A program made the position numbers and the translations under genes. The notes under the pieces are model-generated. The model was not told the origin of the DNA. It searched no databases and worked only from the letters and a program-made list of their open reading frames with translations. Positions 9,434-19,258 of a stretch of 64,000 bases of DNA are shown one piece after another; within the stretch, counting starts at the first letter, position 1; every line of letters begins with the position of its first letter. The DNA is from Candidatus Saccharimonadia bacterium (GTDB taxonomy: Bacteria > Patescibacteriota > Saccharimonadia > Saccharimonadales > 2-12-FULL-41-12). Location: positions 203,599 to 267,598 of the forward strand of contig OY970327.1 of assembly GCA_963717365.1 (NCBI GenBank). Reading direction: 5' to 3'.

Positions 9434-9522
9434 TGTGAATTAGCCCCTATTAAGGAATTTAGTAACGGTTATGTTAAAATAACAGCAAAATAACCGATAG
9501 CAATAATTAAGGAATTCTAAAT

Positions 9523-11526
9523 ATGTCTCCTAACCAAAATTCTGTAACGCCTAATCTAAATAACCAACCAGAAGATGGGCAATCAGCCCAACCTTTGCCC
9601 AACCCCAATACCGTACCTGCTACGCCGGAGCCTGTATCGTCTTACCAGGCTCCAGAGATTATTCAACCAACAAATAGTACCACTACCTCCCCCGACCTTG
9701 TTAATACATCAAGCTCTCCAATCACAGCTGCACCATTGGACGCACCAACTCCGGCATCGCAATCAACTCAACAGTTTTCGACACCAGTCACTAACTCGGC
9801 TTACGCAATTCCAACTGCAGGCAGCACTATTCAAACACAACCATTACCATCGGGCGATGGTGGCTCGAACAATCCTAAAAAGAAAAAATTCATAATGGCG
9901 GGAGCAGCCGCTGCAGCCGCTGTATTGCTGGCAGGCGGTGTAATATTTGGCTGGTATGTACCTAATCAGCCCCAGAATGTATACAACATAGGCATAAACC
10001 GCTCAGGCAAGGCGATGGATAAACTGTTGGCTGAAGCAACTAAAGAAGAGAAATTAAAAATTGCTGAGAATAGTGAACTTACGGGCTCCCTTGAATTTAC
10101 AAGCCCAGACGGGACTTATAAGGGTTCATTTAACTCAAAGTATGATAAGCAGCAGTCTGACAGTACTGTTAATTATGAACAATCCGGCGAAGGGGGAGAG
10201 CAGAAATTTGACGTTCGTTTCCTGACTGATTTGGCAGAGAATAAAGAATATCCGGATATGTTTTTCCAAATGAACGGACTGAAACTACTAGGGCTTGACG
10301 ACTTTGTGCCCGGAATTAGCGAATATGACGGCAAATGGATTAGTGTGTCCTCTGATTATCTTAAGTCAGTAGTTCCAACTGAAACCGAAGAAGAGCAACA
10401 TAAAATTGAATTTACCCAAAAGGATGCGGCTGACCTTGCTGCAATTTTCTCTAGCACCACGCGTGAATATGTGTTTTCAACCAAACCCGATAAAGCTATT
10501 TTGACTCAAAAAAGTTTTGTAGGTACCGAAAAAATGGACGGCGGCATAACAGCTAACCATTACACAATGGCACTCAATAAAGCTAATATAAAAAATTACT
10601 GCAAGGCCTTAACTGAAGCCATCATGTCAGCTGATGCCTATAAGCGAATACCGGGAGTTAACACAGAAAAACTTGATGAAGATAAAAAAACAGCCGCTGA
10701 AGACTGCGAAAGCTCAGATGATATTGATGAAAATCAAACATTTGATATGTGGATTGATAAGCGTAACAAACTAATCCACAAATTTCGTATTACCGAAACA
10801 GAAGAAAAAGGCAATTATTATGAAGTGGGACAAAGTTACACAAAGGGTGACGTAATTCCAATGTTTGCAACCTACCACAGTGATAAAGAAAAAATAGATG
10901 GCAAGCTTACGCTTGAGTACGATACTAAGAAAAGTATCACTAAAGGCACACTGACCTATGATATGACATACGGAGGGGCTGGCAGCTTTGACGATAGTAC
11001 AGGAGACGTTATTCGTGATACGGCTACTGAAACAGAAAAATATAGTGCAAAAGCTAGTTTCGAATTCAAGCCGTTTAGCGGCGATGTAACGATTGAAAAG
11101 CCGGCAAATGCTATACCTATTGAAGAAGTAATGGAAAAATTTGGTGTTGATCCGGCAGAGTTTAGCGATTCAGGTAGCGGTGGTTCCAGTTCTTCGGTAA
11201 GTGGTAGGGCACAAGATTCAGAACGCAAAGCAGACATCATGGCTATACATACTCAGCTTGAAGCCTACTATGCTGACAATGGTGTATATCCGTCACTGAA
11301 AGACTTAAACAGTGTCAGTTGGCGTACAACTAATATGAGATCACTCAATGACGATGCAATAATAAGCCCGGATGGCCCACAGGCGACTCTGGCTTCAGCA
11401 AACTCTCCTAGCCAATATAGTTATACGCCTTCTCAGTGTGGCGGAACAGGTAAAGATTGCCAGCTGTATTCACTGTCGGCCATATTGAGTGATGGAACTG
11501 TATATACCAAGCAAAGTCTTAACTAA
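9523..11526 (+). CDS. Membrane-anchored surface protein: Pro/Thr/Ser-rich N-terminus, one TM helix, large ectodomain, C-terminal pilin-head-like domain
   Basis: 667 aa with TM segment FIMAGAAAAAAVLLAGGVIFGWYV. The last 106 aa (nt 11206-11523) read RAQDSERKADIMAIHTQLEAYYADNGVYPS...C..GKDC. This resembles the post-hydrophobic part of type IV pilin/pseudopilin domains. Confidence 0.7.
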   Translation: MSPNQNSVTPNLNNQPEDGQSAQPLPNPNTVPATPEPVSSYQAPEIIQPTNSTTTSPDLVNTSSSPITAAPLDAPTPASQSTQQFSTPVTNSAYAIPTAGSTIQTQPLPSGDGGSNNPKKKKFIMAGAAAAAAVLLAGGVIFGWYVPNQPQNVYNIGINRSGKAMDKLLAEATKEEKLKIAENSELTGSLEFTSPDGTYKGSFNSKYDKQQSDSTVNYEQSGEGGEQKFDVRFLTDLAENKEYPDMFFQMNGLKLLGLDDFVPGISEYDGKWISVSSDYLKSVVPTETEEEQHKIEFTQKDAADLAAIFSSTTREYVFSTKPDKAILTQKSFVGTEKMDGGITANHYTMALNKANIKNYCKALTEAIMSADAYKRIPGVNTEKLDEDKKTAAEDCESSDDIDENQTFDMWIDKRNKLIHKFRITETEEKGNYYEVGQSYTKGDVIPMFATYHSDKEKIDGKLTLEYDTKKSITKGTLTYDMTYGGAGSFDDSTGDVIRDTATETEKYSAKASFEFKPFSGDVTIEKPANAIPIEEVMEKFGVDPAEFSDSGSGGSSSSVSGRAQDSERKADIMAIHTQLEAYYADNGVYPSLKDLNSVSWRTTNMRSLNDDAIISPDGPQATLASANSPSQYSYTPSQCGGTGKDCQLYSLSAILSDGTVYTKQSLN

Positions 11527-12374
11527 ACAATTGAGTCCACTATAATCGCGATGCATAAGCCTGAAATGACCAACAAGGAATAGCGGAACATGTGCCGCGC
11601 CCAGCGATCACTAGTCTGAACTTCAAAGCCTCTTACTCCTGTTGAAAACCAACTAATGCCTAACAACAGTGCAGCAATTGCATAAAAACTGCTTAGATAA
11701 TTGAACAGACTCAACGACACAGCAGCGACGGTAAATGCCGTAATATAGCTAAGTATTTGCAGACGGGTTACACGTATGCCATGCACCAAAGGCAAGACAG
11801 GAATTCCGGCCTTGGCGTAGTCCTTTGCGCGGTATATCGCAATTGCGTAAAAATGTGGCATTTGCCAACAGACTAGAATGATAAATAAAACAATGGCTGC
11901 TGTATCGAGCCGGTTAGTAACTGCCGTATATCCAACTACCGGTGGTATTGCCCCAGAAATACTGCCAACTAGCGTGCCATGGACGGAGCGTCGCTTATAT
12001 ATGCCGTAAACTGCCACGTAAAAAATAAAGCCGGTGAGCGCGGTAGCAAGTGTTAACAAATTGGTAAACAATGCTAACATAAGTGCGCCTGCTAATCCGA
12101 GTACGGAGGCAAACCATAACGCGTGGGATCCAGAAATAGTACCGCTGACTAACGCACGTTTATGAGTACGGACCATTTTTTTATCAATTCCACGATCAAT
12201 GTAATTGTTAAAAACACAAGCTGAAGCAATTATGAAGGATAAACCAGCCAGCATAACCAATAGTAAGTCAGGCTTGAAATTAGACTGGGACGCTAGAAAA
12301 AAACCAGCCGTCGCGGTTAAAGCATTACCACGGATAATGCCAGGTTTAGTTAATAGGTAGTATGCTTTTAACAC
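11523..12374 (-). CDS. cyoE: Protoheme IX farnesyltransferase (heme O synthase)
   Basis: UbiA-family polytopic protein with NNYIDRGIDKKM (Asp-rich motif) and a YTxxLKRxS-like region. It is the last gene of the cyo operon. Confidence 0.9.
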   Translation of the reverse strand: MLKAYYLLTKPGIIRGNALTATAGFFLASQSNFKPDLLLVMLAGLSFIIASACVFNNYIDRGIDKKMVRTHKRALVSGTISGSHALWFASVLGLAGALMLALFTNLLTLATALTGFIFYVAVYGIYKRRSVHGTLVGSISGAIPPVVGYTAVTNRLDTAAIVLFIILVCWQMPHFYAIAIYRAKDYAKAGIPVLPLVHGIRVTRLQILSYITAFTVAAVSLSLFNYLSSFYAIAALLLGISWFSTGVRGFEVQTSDRWARHMFRYSLLVISGLCIAIIVDSIV

Positions 12375-12388
12375 GTTTGCAGCTTCAG

Positions 12389-12799
12389 TTACGGCTTTAT
12401 GCCCTCTTCTTCAAAAATATAGGTATCGGTTTCATTGGATGACATAGTGTAATGTAAATTATTCATAATCCAGAGCGAACCAGCAGCAACAATAAATACT
12501 ACGACCAACATGAATAAGAATACCAGTTTGTTCCAGCGTGGCCCCGACTCTTTGCCTAAATGAATGAAAAACTGAAGCTGTACTAGTAACTGGGCAATAG
12601 CAAGAAACATTATAGTAATGATTACAAAACCACGTGTAAACGTTTCGTCGCCATGATTTATGCGCTGGGATACTACCAAAAATGCCAGTAAGGTCAGTAG
12701 CATTGAAAGCGCAAAACCAGTTACGTAAGCGCGCAGGGAGGCACGATGTCCGGTCTTGTGGCTGGAAGCAACGACTAAAGTTCTAGCTGACTTCTTCAT
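12389..12799 (-). CDS. cyoD: Cytochrome bo3 quinol oxidase subunit IV
   Basis: 136 aa with three hydrophobic helices, positioned between cyoC and cyoE. It has the YVTGFALSxxLT motif typical of CyoD/QoxD. Confidence 0.8.
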   Translation of the reverse strand: MKKSARTLVVASSHKTGHRASLRAYVTGFALSMLLTLLAFLVVSQRINHGDETFTRGFVIITIMFLAIAQLLVQLQFFIHLGKESGPRWNKLVFLFMLVVVFIVAAGSLWIMNNLHYTMSSNETDTYIFEEEGIKP

Positions 12800-13407
12800 G
12801 AAACGGCTCCTAATAAATAAACAATCGTAAATATAAATATCCAGATAATATCAAGAAAGTGCCAGAACAAACTGAACAGAGTTAAACGGCGAACTACTCC
12901 GTGGGTGAAACCACGTTTTACGACCTGCCACATTAATGAGAATACCCACAACAGCCCAACGGTAATATGTAGGCCATGGGTGCCCACCAATGTAAAGAAA
13001 GCTGATAGAAAACCACTGCGCTGCCAACTATCCCCGGTGTGTGCTAAATGGGCAAATTCGGCAATTTCCATAACTAGGAACGCAATACCGAGCAGGGCGG
13101 TAATGGACAATAAAATCAACGCCTGACTTTTATCTCGCCGATGCACGGCCAACATAGCCAGGCCACATACAAAGCTACTAGCAAGCAGAAAAATTGTTTC
13201 AGTAAGGACATACGGCAGACTAAATAACTCACTGGCTCCCGGTCCGCCGTACGTATTATTTCGTAGTACTGCAAACGTTGCGAACAAACTGGCGAATAGT
13301 ACGCAGTCCGTCATCAAATACACCCAGAAGCCAAAAATAGTCTTATCGTCGCTATCATGCAGACGAGTTTGCGAGTTAGCGCGCTGGGTTGCGGTGGATT
13401 CAATCAT
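12796..13407 (-). CDS. cyoC: Cytochrome bo3 quinol oxidase subunit III
   Basis: 203 aa. [21 protein letters not shown] and [11 protein letters not shown]...[11 protein letters not shown] are typical of heme-copper oxidase subunit III. There is a 4-nt overlap with neighbours on both sides. Confidence 0.9.
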   Translation of the reverse strand: MIESTATQRANSQTRLHDSDDKTIFGFWVYLMTDCVLFASLFATFAVLRNNTYGGPGASELFSLPYVLTETIFLLASSFVCGLAMLAVHRRDKSQALILLSITALLGIAFLVMEIAEFAHLAHTGDSWQRSGFLSAFFTLVGTHGLHITVGLLWVFSLMWQVVKRGFTHGVVRRLTLFSLFWHFLDIIWIFIFTIVYLLGAVS

Positions 13408-15377
13408 GCAAATAACTTCCTATGAGGACTAGTGCTGTCCTGCTTTTTTAGTTCCTCGGCTTTTATTACATACTCTGTATTATCGTCTGCCGTGCGAATA
13501 ATAATACAGGCTATTACTCCTAGTAAGCTGAGCGCAGCCAGCCACCAAATATGCCAAATGATGGCAAAACCACATATAAATACAAGGCCTGCGATAATAA
13601 TACCCATACCGCTATTTTTTGGCATGTGTATATCAGCGTAATGAAACGCGGCATTTTTGGGCGGCGGATTTTGTTTCATATCCCAAAAAGCGTCACGCTC
13701 GCTAACATGGGGTGTAATGGCAAAATTGTAATGAGGGGCAGGCGATGGTGTTGCCCACTCCAGCGTGCGGCCGTCCCACGGATCGCCTGTAGTATCAAGA
13801 TTTTCTTTACGTTTCCAGATGCTATAAGCCAGCTGAGCCAACTGGAAGCCTATGCCAGCTAATATTACTACCACACCAATAGCAGACACGATAAAAAGTC
13901 CTTGCCAGCCCAGAGAGGCGTCGTAGTGGTCTAGGCGGCGTGTAGCGCCCATCAGACCCAGGATATACAGCGGCACAAATGCTAGAACAAAACCGCTTAA
14001 CCAGCACCAGAACGCATATGTGCCCAACCGTTCGTTTAGCTTAAATCCAAAAATCTTTGGGAACCAGTAGGTAATACCGGCAAAGTAACCAAACAGCACG
14101 CCGCCGATAATCATGGTATGGAAATGTGCTACCAGGAAGAGACTGTTATGGACTTGGAAATCAATCGCTGGTATGGAAAGGAGTACTCCGGCCATACCAC
14201 CGATGGTAAACGTCACTACAAAAGCCAAGAACCATTTCATGGGGGTCGTGAAACGAATCCGGCCGCGGTACATAGTAAACAGCCAGTTAAAGACTTTAAC
14301 GCCCGTTGGAACGGCAATGACGGCCGTCATTATACCGAAGAACGCATTGACGTTGGCACCGGCTCCCATCGTAAAGAAATGATGTACCCAGACAAGGAAA
14401 GACAGAAAGGTAATGGCACCAATGGCGTATACCATTGATTTATAGCCAAATAAGCGTTTGCGTGAAAAGGCTGCCACAACTTCCGAAAAGACCCCAAAGG
14501 CAGGCAGTATTAAAATATAGACTTCCGGATGGCCCCAAGCCCAAATCAGGTTGATATACATCATGGCGTTACCGCCAAAATCCGAAGTAAAGAAGTGCGT
14601 GCCAATTGTCCGGTCCAGGGAAAGCATAGCCAGCGTAGCGGTTAGAATTGGAAAGGCGAACGCTACCAAAATCATGCTACCCAGGACGCTATGAACAAAT
14701 ATCGGCATTTTCATAAAAGTCATACCGGGAGCACGCATTTTGAGAATAGTGACTAAGAAGTTAATACCTGAGAACAGACTGCCCAGGCCGGCAATTTGCA
14801 AACTCCAAATCCAATAGTCAACGCCTACTCCTGGGCTGTACTCTATGCCCGATAACGGTGGGTATGCCAGCCAGCCAGCAGCCGAAAATTCACCCAATAT
14901 TAATGAGAGGTTCATGAGTGCCATTCCGCCGACGAACAGCCAGAAACTGACCGAATTTAAAAATGGGAAGGCAACGTCGCGGGCACCGATTTGCAGAGGT
15001 AGAATAAGATTAATAAGGCCAAACATCAGACCCATTGCTACAAAGAAAATCATAATGGTGCCATGCGCCGAAAAGACTTGTTGGAATGTCTCTGTTGATA
15101 TCACTCCACTTGAGTCGCCAACACTAGTAGCCTGCTGGACCCGTAGCATCAATGCATCCAGTACACCACGAAGTAGCATCAGGCTGGCAACAACCAAGTA
15201 CATTACGCCAATTTTTTTAGGATCTAGCGATGTCAGCCAGTTTTTCCAGAACCATTTCCAGCGCTTGAGATAGGTAAGGAGTAGAACTACTCCCACACCA
15301 GCTGCAATAACGGAAAGCGCACCACCAATAGTAATTATGTCTTTAGGAAAAGCATCAAGTCCTAAGTTACCGAGCAT
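13404..15377 (-). CDS. cyoB: Cytochrome bo3 quinol oxidase subunit I (start set at MLGNLGLD, not the upstream ATG at 15428)
   Basis: Heme-copper oxidase subunit I motifs are present: [29 protein letters not shown] and [17 protein letters not shown]. The ATG at 15377 is preceded by GAAGGGA and gives the CyoB-like N-terminus M.G.L.LDA.P. The longer ORF would overlap cyoA by 62 nt. Confidence 0.93.
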   Translation of the reverse strand: MLGNLGLDAFPKDIITIGGALSVIAAGVGVVLLLTYLKRWKWFWKNWLTSLDPKKIGVMYLVVASLMLLRGVLDALMLRVQQATSVGDSSGVISTETFQQVFSAHGTIMIFFVAMGLMFGLINLILPLQIGARDVAFPFLNSVSFWLFVGGMALMNLSLILGEFSAAGWLAYPPLSGIEYSPGVGVDYWIWSLQIAGLGSLFSGINFLVTILKMRAPGMTFMKMPIFVHSVLGSMILVAFAFPILTATLAMLSLDRTIGTHFFTSDFGGNAMMYINLIWAWGHPEVYILILPAFGVFSEVVAAFSRKRLFGYKSMVYAIGAITFLSFLVWVHHFFTMGAGANVNAFFGIMTAVIAVPTGVKVFNWLFTMYRGRIRFTTPMKWFLAFVVTFTIGGMAGVLLSIPAIDFQVHNSLFLVAHFHTMIIGGVLFGYFAGITYWFPKIFGFKLNERLGTYAFWCWLSGFVLAFVPLYILGLMGATRRLDHYDASLGWQGLFIVSAIGVVVILAGIGFQLAQLAYSIWKRKENLDTTGDPWDGRTLEWATPSPAPHYNFAITPHVSERDAFWDMKQNPPPKNAAFHYADIHMPKNSGMGIIIAGLVFICGFAIIWHIWWLAALSLLGVIACIIIRTADDNTEYVIKAEELKKQDSTSPHRKLFA

Positions 15378-16284
15378 GTGACGTCCCTTCATGACCATTA
15401 CCATGTCCGCCGAATTTAATACTGCCATCAGGTGATAGATATTTTGCTATAACAGTCTTAAATAGATCCTTTTCCTTGGAAGCGTAGTACTTTGGCGGTT
15501 CACTCTTGCTCGGTTCGGCTAGTGTATGGTATTCGTCAAATGTTAAGTCTCGTGGTGCTAAGCGGACGGCATCTACCCATAATTCAAAATCCTTTTCCGA
15601 ACTTGCAACAGTTTTAAACTTCATTCCTGCAAAACCATCGCCGCTTAAATTAGCTGACTGCCCAACGTATTCTCCTTGTTTGTCAGCTAGTAAGTGCAAC
15701 TGGGTTTCCATGCCGGCCATAGCGTAGATTTGTCCACCAAGTTGTGGAATCCAAAATGAATTCATAGGCGCATCCGAGGTTAACCGAAAATTAATAGGCG
15801 TATCTTCTGGAAACTGCAAGTAATTAACCGTTGCGATATTATATTCAGGATAAATAAATAACCACTTCCATTCGAGAGCGACAACCTGAACCGTGATCGG
15901 TTTTTTTTGGGCAACCACCGGCTTGAATGGGTCCAGGTCATGCGAACTCTTCCAGATAATGCCTGCCAGAACTACAATTATTGCCAGTGGTACCGTCCAC
16001 CAGATAGTTTCGGCCGCACGGTTGCCATCCATATTGGGTGAGTATTTGGCTTTAGTATTACCTTCTCGGTATCTATAGGCAATAAAAAAAGTTAAAAAGA
16101 ATACGGGGAGCACCACTACTAACATGACCAGTGTTGAAATAATTATTAGATCACGCTGCTGGCTAGCAATTGATCCCTGCGGATTAAGTACGGCAAAATT
16201 ACTACCCTGAAAAAAAAGCACCAGGGCAACTGCTGTCGCAATGGACAGAAAAATAAACAACCCAAATCTGTATTTTGTACTCAT
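15367..16284 (-). CDS. cyoA: Cytochrome bo3 quinol oxidase subunit II (quinol type, no CuA site)
   Basis: The segment [22 protein letters not shown]...[11 protein letters not shown] closely parallels E. coli CyoA. The protein contains no cysteine at all, so a CuA centre is impossible. Confidence 0.9.
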   Translation of the reverse strand: MSTKYRFGLFIFLSIATAVALVLFFQGSNFAVLNPQGSIASQQRDLIIISTLVMLVVVLPVFFLTFFIAYRYREGNTKAKYSPNMDGNRAAETIWWTVPLAIIVVLAGIIWKSSHDLDPFKPVVAQKKPITVQVVALEWKWLFIYPEYNIATVNYLQFPEDTPINFRLTSDAPMNSFWIPQLGGQIYAMAGMETQLHLLADKQGEYVGQSANLSGDGFAGMKFKTVASSEKDFELWVDAVRLAPRDLTFDEYHTLAEPSKSEPPKYYASKEKDLFKTVIAKYLSPDGSIKFGGHGNGHEGTSHAR

Positions 16285-16315
16285 CGTTTTACCTTATAAA
16301 TAGTACCATAAGCAG

Positions 16316-18331
16316 TTACTTAGATGATACTGAAATTTCCGAATCATCATCTGTCTTAGAAGCTTCTAAAGCGAGTTGATCGTTAGGACCCGGCTCAGGC
16401 TTTTCATCGGCTATCGGTAGGCTAAAGTAAAAGGTGGTGCCTTTGCCGTGAACTGACTCAAACCTGGCTTCGCCTTCCATTTCTAGTACATACTGCCGGG
16501 TGATGTACATCCCAAGGCCAGTGCCGACTACATTCTTACGATCATCATCTTGAACGCGGAAGAATTTTTCAAACATATGTGCCTTTTGATCCTCAGGTAT
16601 GCCTAGTCCTGTATCTGCTATGGCTGTGACAAGCTTGGCGTCCTTATTTATGTAATGTGAGACAGAAACTGAGCCGTCTGGCTGGTTGTATTTAATGGCG
16701 TTTGAAATAAAGTTATTAAGAATTATTCGCAAGCGTGATTCGTCTGCCATAACAATCTGCGCACCTTCTTCTCTGTAATCTAGCTTAATGCCGCTGCTTT
16801 GGGCTGTAACTTGAAGAGATTTTACAATTTCATCGATGACAATTTTAATCGGAACCGGTTTTATTATGAATTCGGTTCGACCGCCTTCTAGTCGAGCGAC
16901 ATCTAGCATGTCATTTACCAAATCGCGTAAGCGTTTTGTACTGGCATAAACTTCTTCTACTAATGGCTTCACCTTTGGATCAAGTTTGTCACCATAATCT
17001 TCCGTTACCATCGATAAATTGCCTAATACAGCAGTGAGCGGCGTACGAAGTTCATGAGTGGCAATTGAAATAAATTCCTTATTCTTTTCATCACTATCTT
17101 TTTCAGCGGCAGCTATCCTGCCAGCCATCATATTCATAGTATCGGCAAGGGATGAAAATTCTTTATCGGCATGAGCCAGTTTAATTTTATAATCTAGTTT
17201 TCCGCTTGCAAACACTAAGGCGCCACTAACTAAACCAATAATATTTCGCACGGTACGTTGTATGAAAAATGTTCCTACCCATAAAAATCCAATAAGCAGT
17301 AACCCGATAATGACAATACCAGCCAACTGAGCATCTCTTACTGGACTCAAGACTGCTGTTTTTGGAGAAGCAATGACAACCAGCCATTTAGACGACCCAA
17401 CTTCAGTACCAACTGCAATATGATTAATATTTTTTAAATTAACCTCATTGAAACTGTTACTGCGCAGATCGGCATTGATAGCTTTAAAATTGTTTTCAAT
17501 ACTAACATCCGGATAAGCAAACTCGCCATTTGAATCTAAGATTACTGCTAAAGCCCGGCTACGGTCGATCGGTGCGCTTTCCCAGGTTTGCTTAATAAAA
17601 CTATCACTATTTAAGGCATAGACTGCTAACACGCTGCCATTTTGAATTGGATAGGCGAATGTTGCCACTGGCTTATCCATTACTTTAGATAAGGTACCTT
17701 CAATTGGTTGTGTCTGAGCTCTTGCAGCGTCTTTTAACAACTGGTCGCTAGAACTGTTTATTGCCTCGGATAATGCTGAGCTAACGAGTTGTTGTCTATC
17801 GTTTACTACCATTAACGCCAAAGTCTCGGGGAAGAATTGTTTATATGCCGAAAGACGATCATTAATTCGTTGATTTTGGTCATCTATCAGATCCTGACTT
17901 TTCTTTACGTAGCCCTCTTCAATTGCGTTAAGTGTGGGACCATTTGTAGAAAACTCTGCTAAAAAAGGTTCGCAAATAGCATCCGGTGCACCCACAAACG
18001 TTTTTTTCTGCTTCAGATAGGTACTACAAGTTGCTCTGTTAGACTCAAGTTTTTGGCGTTCATTAATAAAATCGTTTTTTATAGTAAATAACTCTTCGCC
18101 TGTTCGCTTAAGTACGATTTCACGTATAGCAAACTCACGCTCTAGTTTTGCAGCGGTAGTCGCTGTCGATCGAGTAAGCTCATCAATTGCTTGCTTGTGT
18201 ACAAATCTATTGAGCTGGAGAAAAATCAATATACCTAAAATCAACAGAATAAAAAAAGGCGGCGCCAAAACTCGGACAATAAAACGTTGCTGAAGATTGC
18301 CCTTACCACGCAGCTGATTAAGTTTGAGCAT
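16316..18331 (-). CDS. Sensor histidine kinase with a large periplasmic/extracytoplasmic (Cache-like) domain, HAMP, HisKA and HATPase_c
   Basis: Two TM segments flank a sensor region of about 300 aa. H-box ISIATHELRTPLTAV, N-box NFISNAIKYN, and G-boxes DTGLGI and GTGLGM are present. No response regulator is adjacent. Confidence 0.9.
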   Translation of the reverse strand: MLKLNQLRGKGNLQQRFIVRVLAPPFFILLILGILIFLQLNRFVHKQAIDELTRSTATTAAKLEREFAIREIVLKRTGEELFTIKNDFINERQKLESNRATCSTYLKQKKTFVGAPDAICEPFLAEFSTNGPTLNAIEEGYVKKSQDLIDDQNQRINDRLSAYKQFFPETLALMVVNDRQQLVSSALSEAINSSSDQLLKDAARAQTQPIEGTLSKVMDKPVATFAYPIQNGSVLAVYALNSDSFIKQTWESAPIDRSRALAVILDSNGEFAYPDVSIENNFKAINADLRSNSFNEVNLKNINHIAVGTEVGSSKWLVVIASPKTAVLSPVRDAQLAGIVIIGLLLIGFLWVGTFFIQRTVRNIIGLVSGALVFASGKLDYKIKLAHADKEFSSLADTMNMMAGRIAAAEKDSDEKNKEFISIATHELRTPLTAVLGNLSMVTEDYGDKLDPKVKPLVEEVYASTKRLRDLVNDMLDVARLEGGRTEFIIKPVPIKIVIDEIVKSLQVTAQSSGIKLDYREEGAQIVMADESRLRIILNNFISNAIKYNQPDGSVSVSHYINKDAKLVTAIADTGLGIPEDQKAHMFEKFFRVQDDDRKNVVGTGLGMYITRQYVLEMEGEARFESVHGKGTTFYFSLPIADEKPEPGPNDQLALEASKTDDDSEISVSSK

Positions 18332-18364
18332 TAGCGTTATTGTATTAAAATTTTACGCTGGTTA

Positions 18365-19138
18365 CTAGCATTTATGTTGAACGGTAATTTCTTGGGAAGA
18401 AATTTGTGTCGGAGAAGTTAAGCGTAGTTGCAGCGTAAAGGGGCCGGATTGTGTGCAGGGAATAATAATTTCCTTTTGAAGAGTGGTAAAGCTATTCCCC
18501 GAACTTACGGGGAAGCTTTTTGATTCATTGGCGCCACTTATACTACTTCTCCAGCTGTAACTAACGGTTCCGGGTCCATTTTGCGCATTAACACCTGCAC
18601 TGAATATATATTTTTTAGAACAGATGCCCCCTAAGCCGAGCGGGAATTGGATAGTGCAGGGTATGTTGGCTGTACCATCATGCCGAAAATAATCAATTGC
18701 AGCCCCAAATGCAGGAATTACCGGCGGACTGGTAGGCACGGATGCAGGAGGTGTGGCTGGAGGGGCAGCTCCAGTTCCAACTGTGGCAGCTGTTCCAGTA
18801 CTTATCGTGAATGGAGTCTGCGCAGCAGTTTCAGGTGAAGTAATTGTCTCAGTGACAGACTCTTCTGTGGTTGGTTGCTCCTCCTGACTATCCTCATTTT
18901 TTTGAGGGTCTTCAATTTTATCGTTACTTAACAAACTTGTAGAATCCTGGCCGGATGAAAAGTTTTCATCAAGAACTCCTGCTAGCACTGATCGTTCATA
19001 GACTCGCAGTAAGCCAAGACCCAGAACCAATATAAGCAGTATGCCTGTGGTAATGATCGGCAAGCGATAATCTTTTATGAATTCTTTAATTCGTAACATG
19101 TTTATTTTCGTTTTTATTGCTCTGTATATATTATACAT
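18365..19138 (-). CDS. Hypothetical N-terminally anchored surface protein (low-complexity linker plus Cys-containing beta-rich C-terminal domain)
   Basis: TM segment LPIITTGILLILVLGLGLL, then a Glu/Thr/Pro/Ala-rich linker, then a C-terminal domain of about 110 aa with 5 Cys. It is co-directional with, and 33 nt upstream of, the kinase gene. Confidence 0.6.
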   Translation of the reverse strand: MYNIYRAIKTKINMLRIKEFIKDYRLPIITTGILLILVLGLGLLRVYERSVLAGVLDENFSSGQDSTSLLSNDKIEDPQKNEDSQEEQPTTEESVTETITSPETAAQTPFTISTGTAATVGTGAAPPATPPASVPTSPPVIPAFGAAIDYFRHDGTANIPCTIQFPLGLGGICSKKYIFSAGVNAQNGPGTVSYSWRSSISGANESKSFPVSSGNSFTTLQKEIIIPCTQSGPFTLQLRLTSPTQISSQEITVQHKC

Positions 19139-19199
19139 ACTATTATGCCCAAACGGCTATATATTATGTATAACATAAACACTATACCTTAGCATAAAA

Positions 19200-19236
19200 T
19201 TGACGTATAAATGTATTTGTTTTATCCTTAGGATAA
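19200..19236 (+). promoter_or_regulatory. Candidate promoter TTGACG-17-TATCCT overlapped by the palindrome TTATCC-TTA-GGATAA
   Basis: -35 at 19200-19205, -10 at 19223-19228, and a 15-nt palindrome at 19222-19236. All lie 23 nt upstream of ATG 19259 in a divergent intergenic region. Confidence 0.3.
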
Positions 19237-19258
19237 CGAAACCGTAGTAGGAGTTAGT

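Noticed and set aside
13432-15273. Several plus-strand ORFs of 61-142 aa inside the cyoB/cyoC region (e.g. 13432-13641, 14118-14438, 14845-15273)
   Set aside because: They lie antisense to strongly supported oxidase subunit genes, have no recognisable motifs and have odd composition. They are shadow ORFs.
15378-15428. Longest-ORF start sites for cyoB (15428), the ABC ATPase (21984), HAD (28234), VOC (49062), LCP (53078), hydrolase (53080), corA (58862) and Fur (63691)
   Set aside because: The extensions overlap upstream genes or regulatory hairpins, lack an SD and add non-conserved residues. Internal ATGs with better context and family-typical N-termini were preferred. The choices remain predictions.
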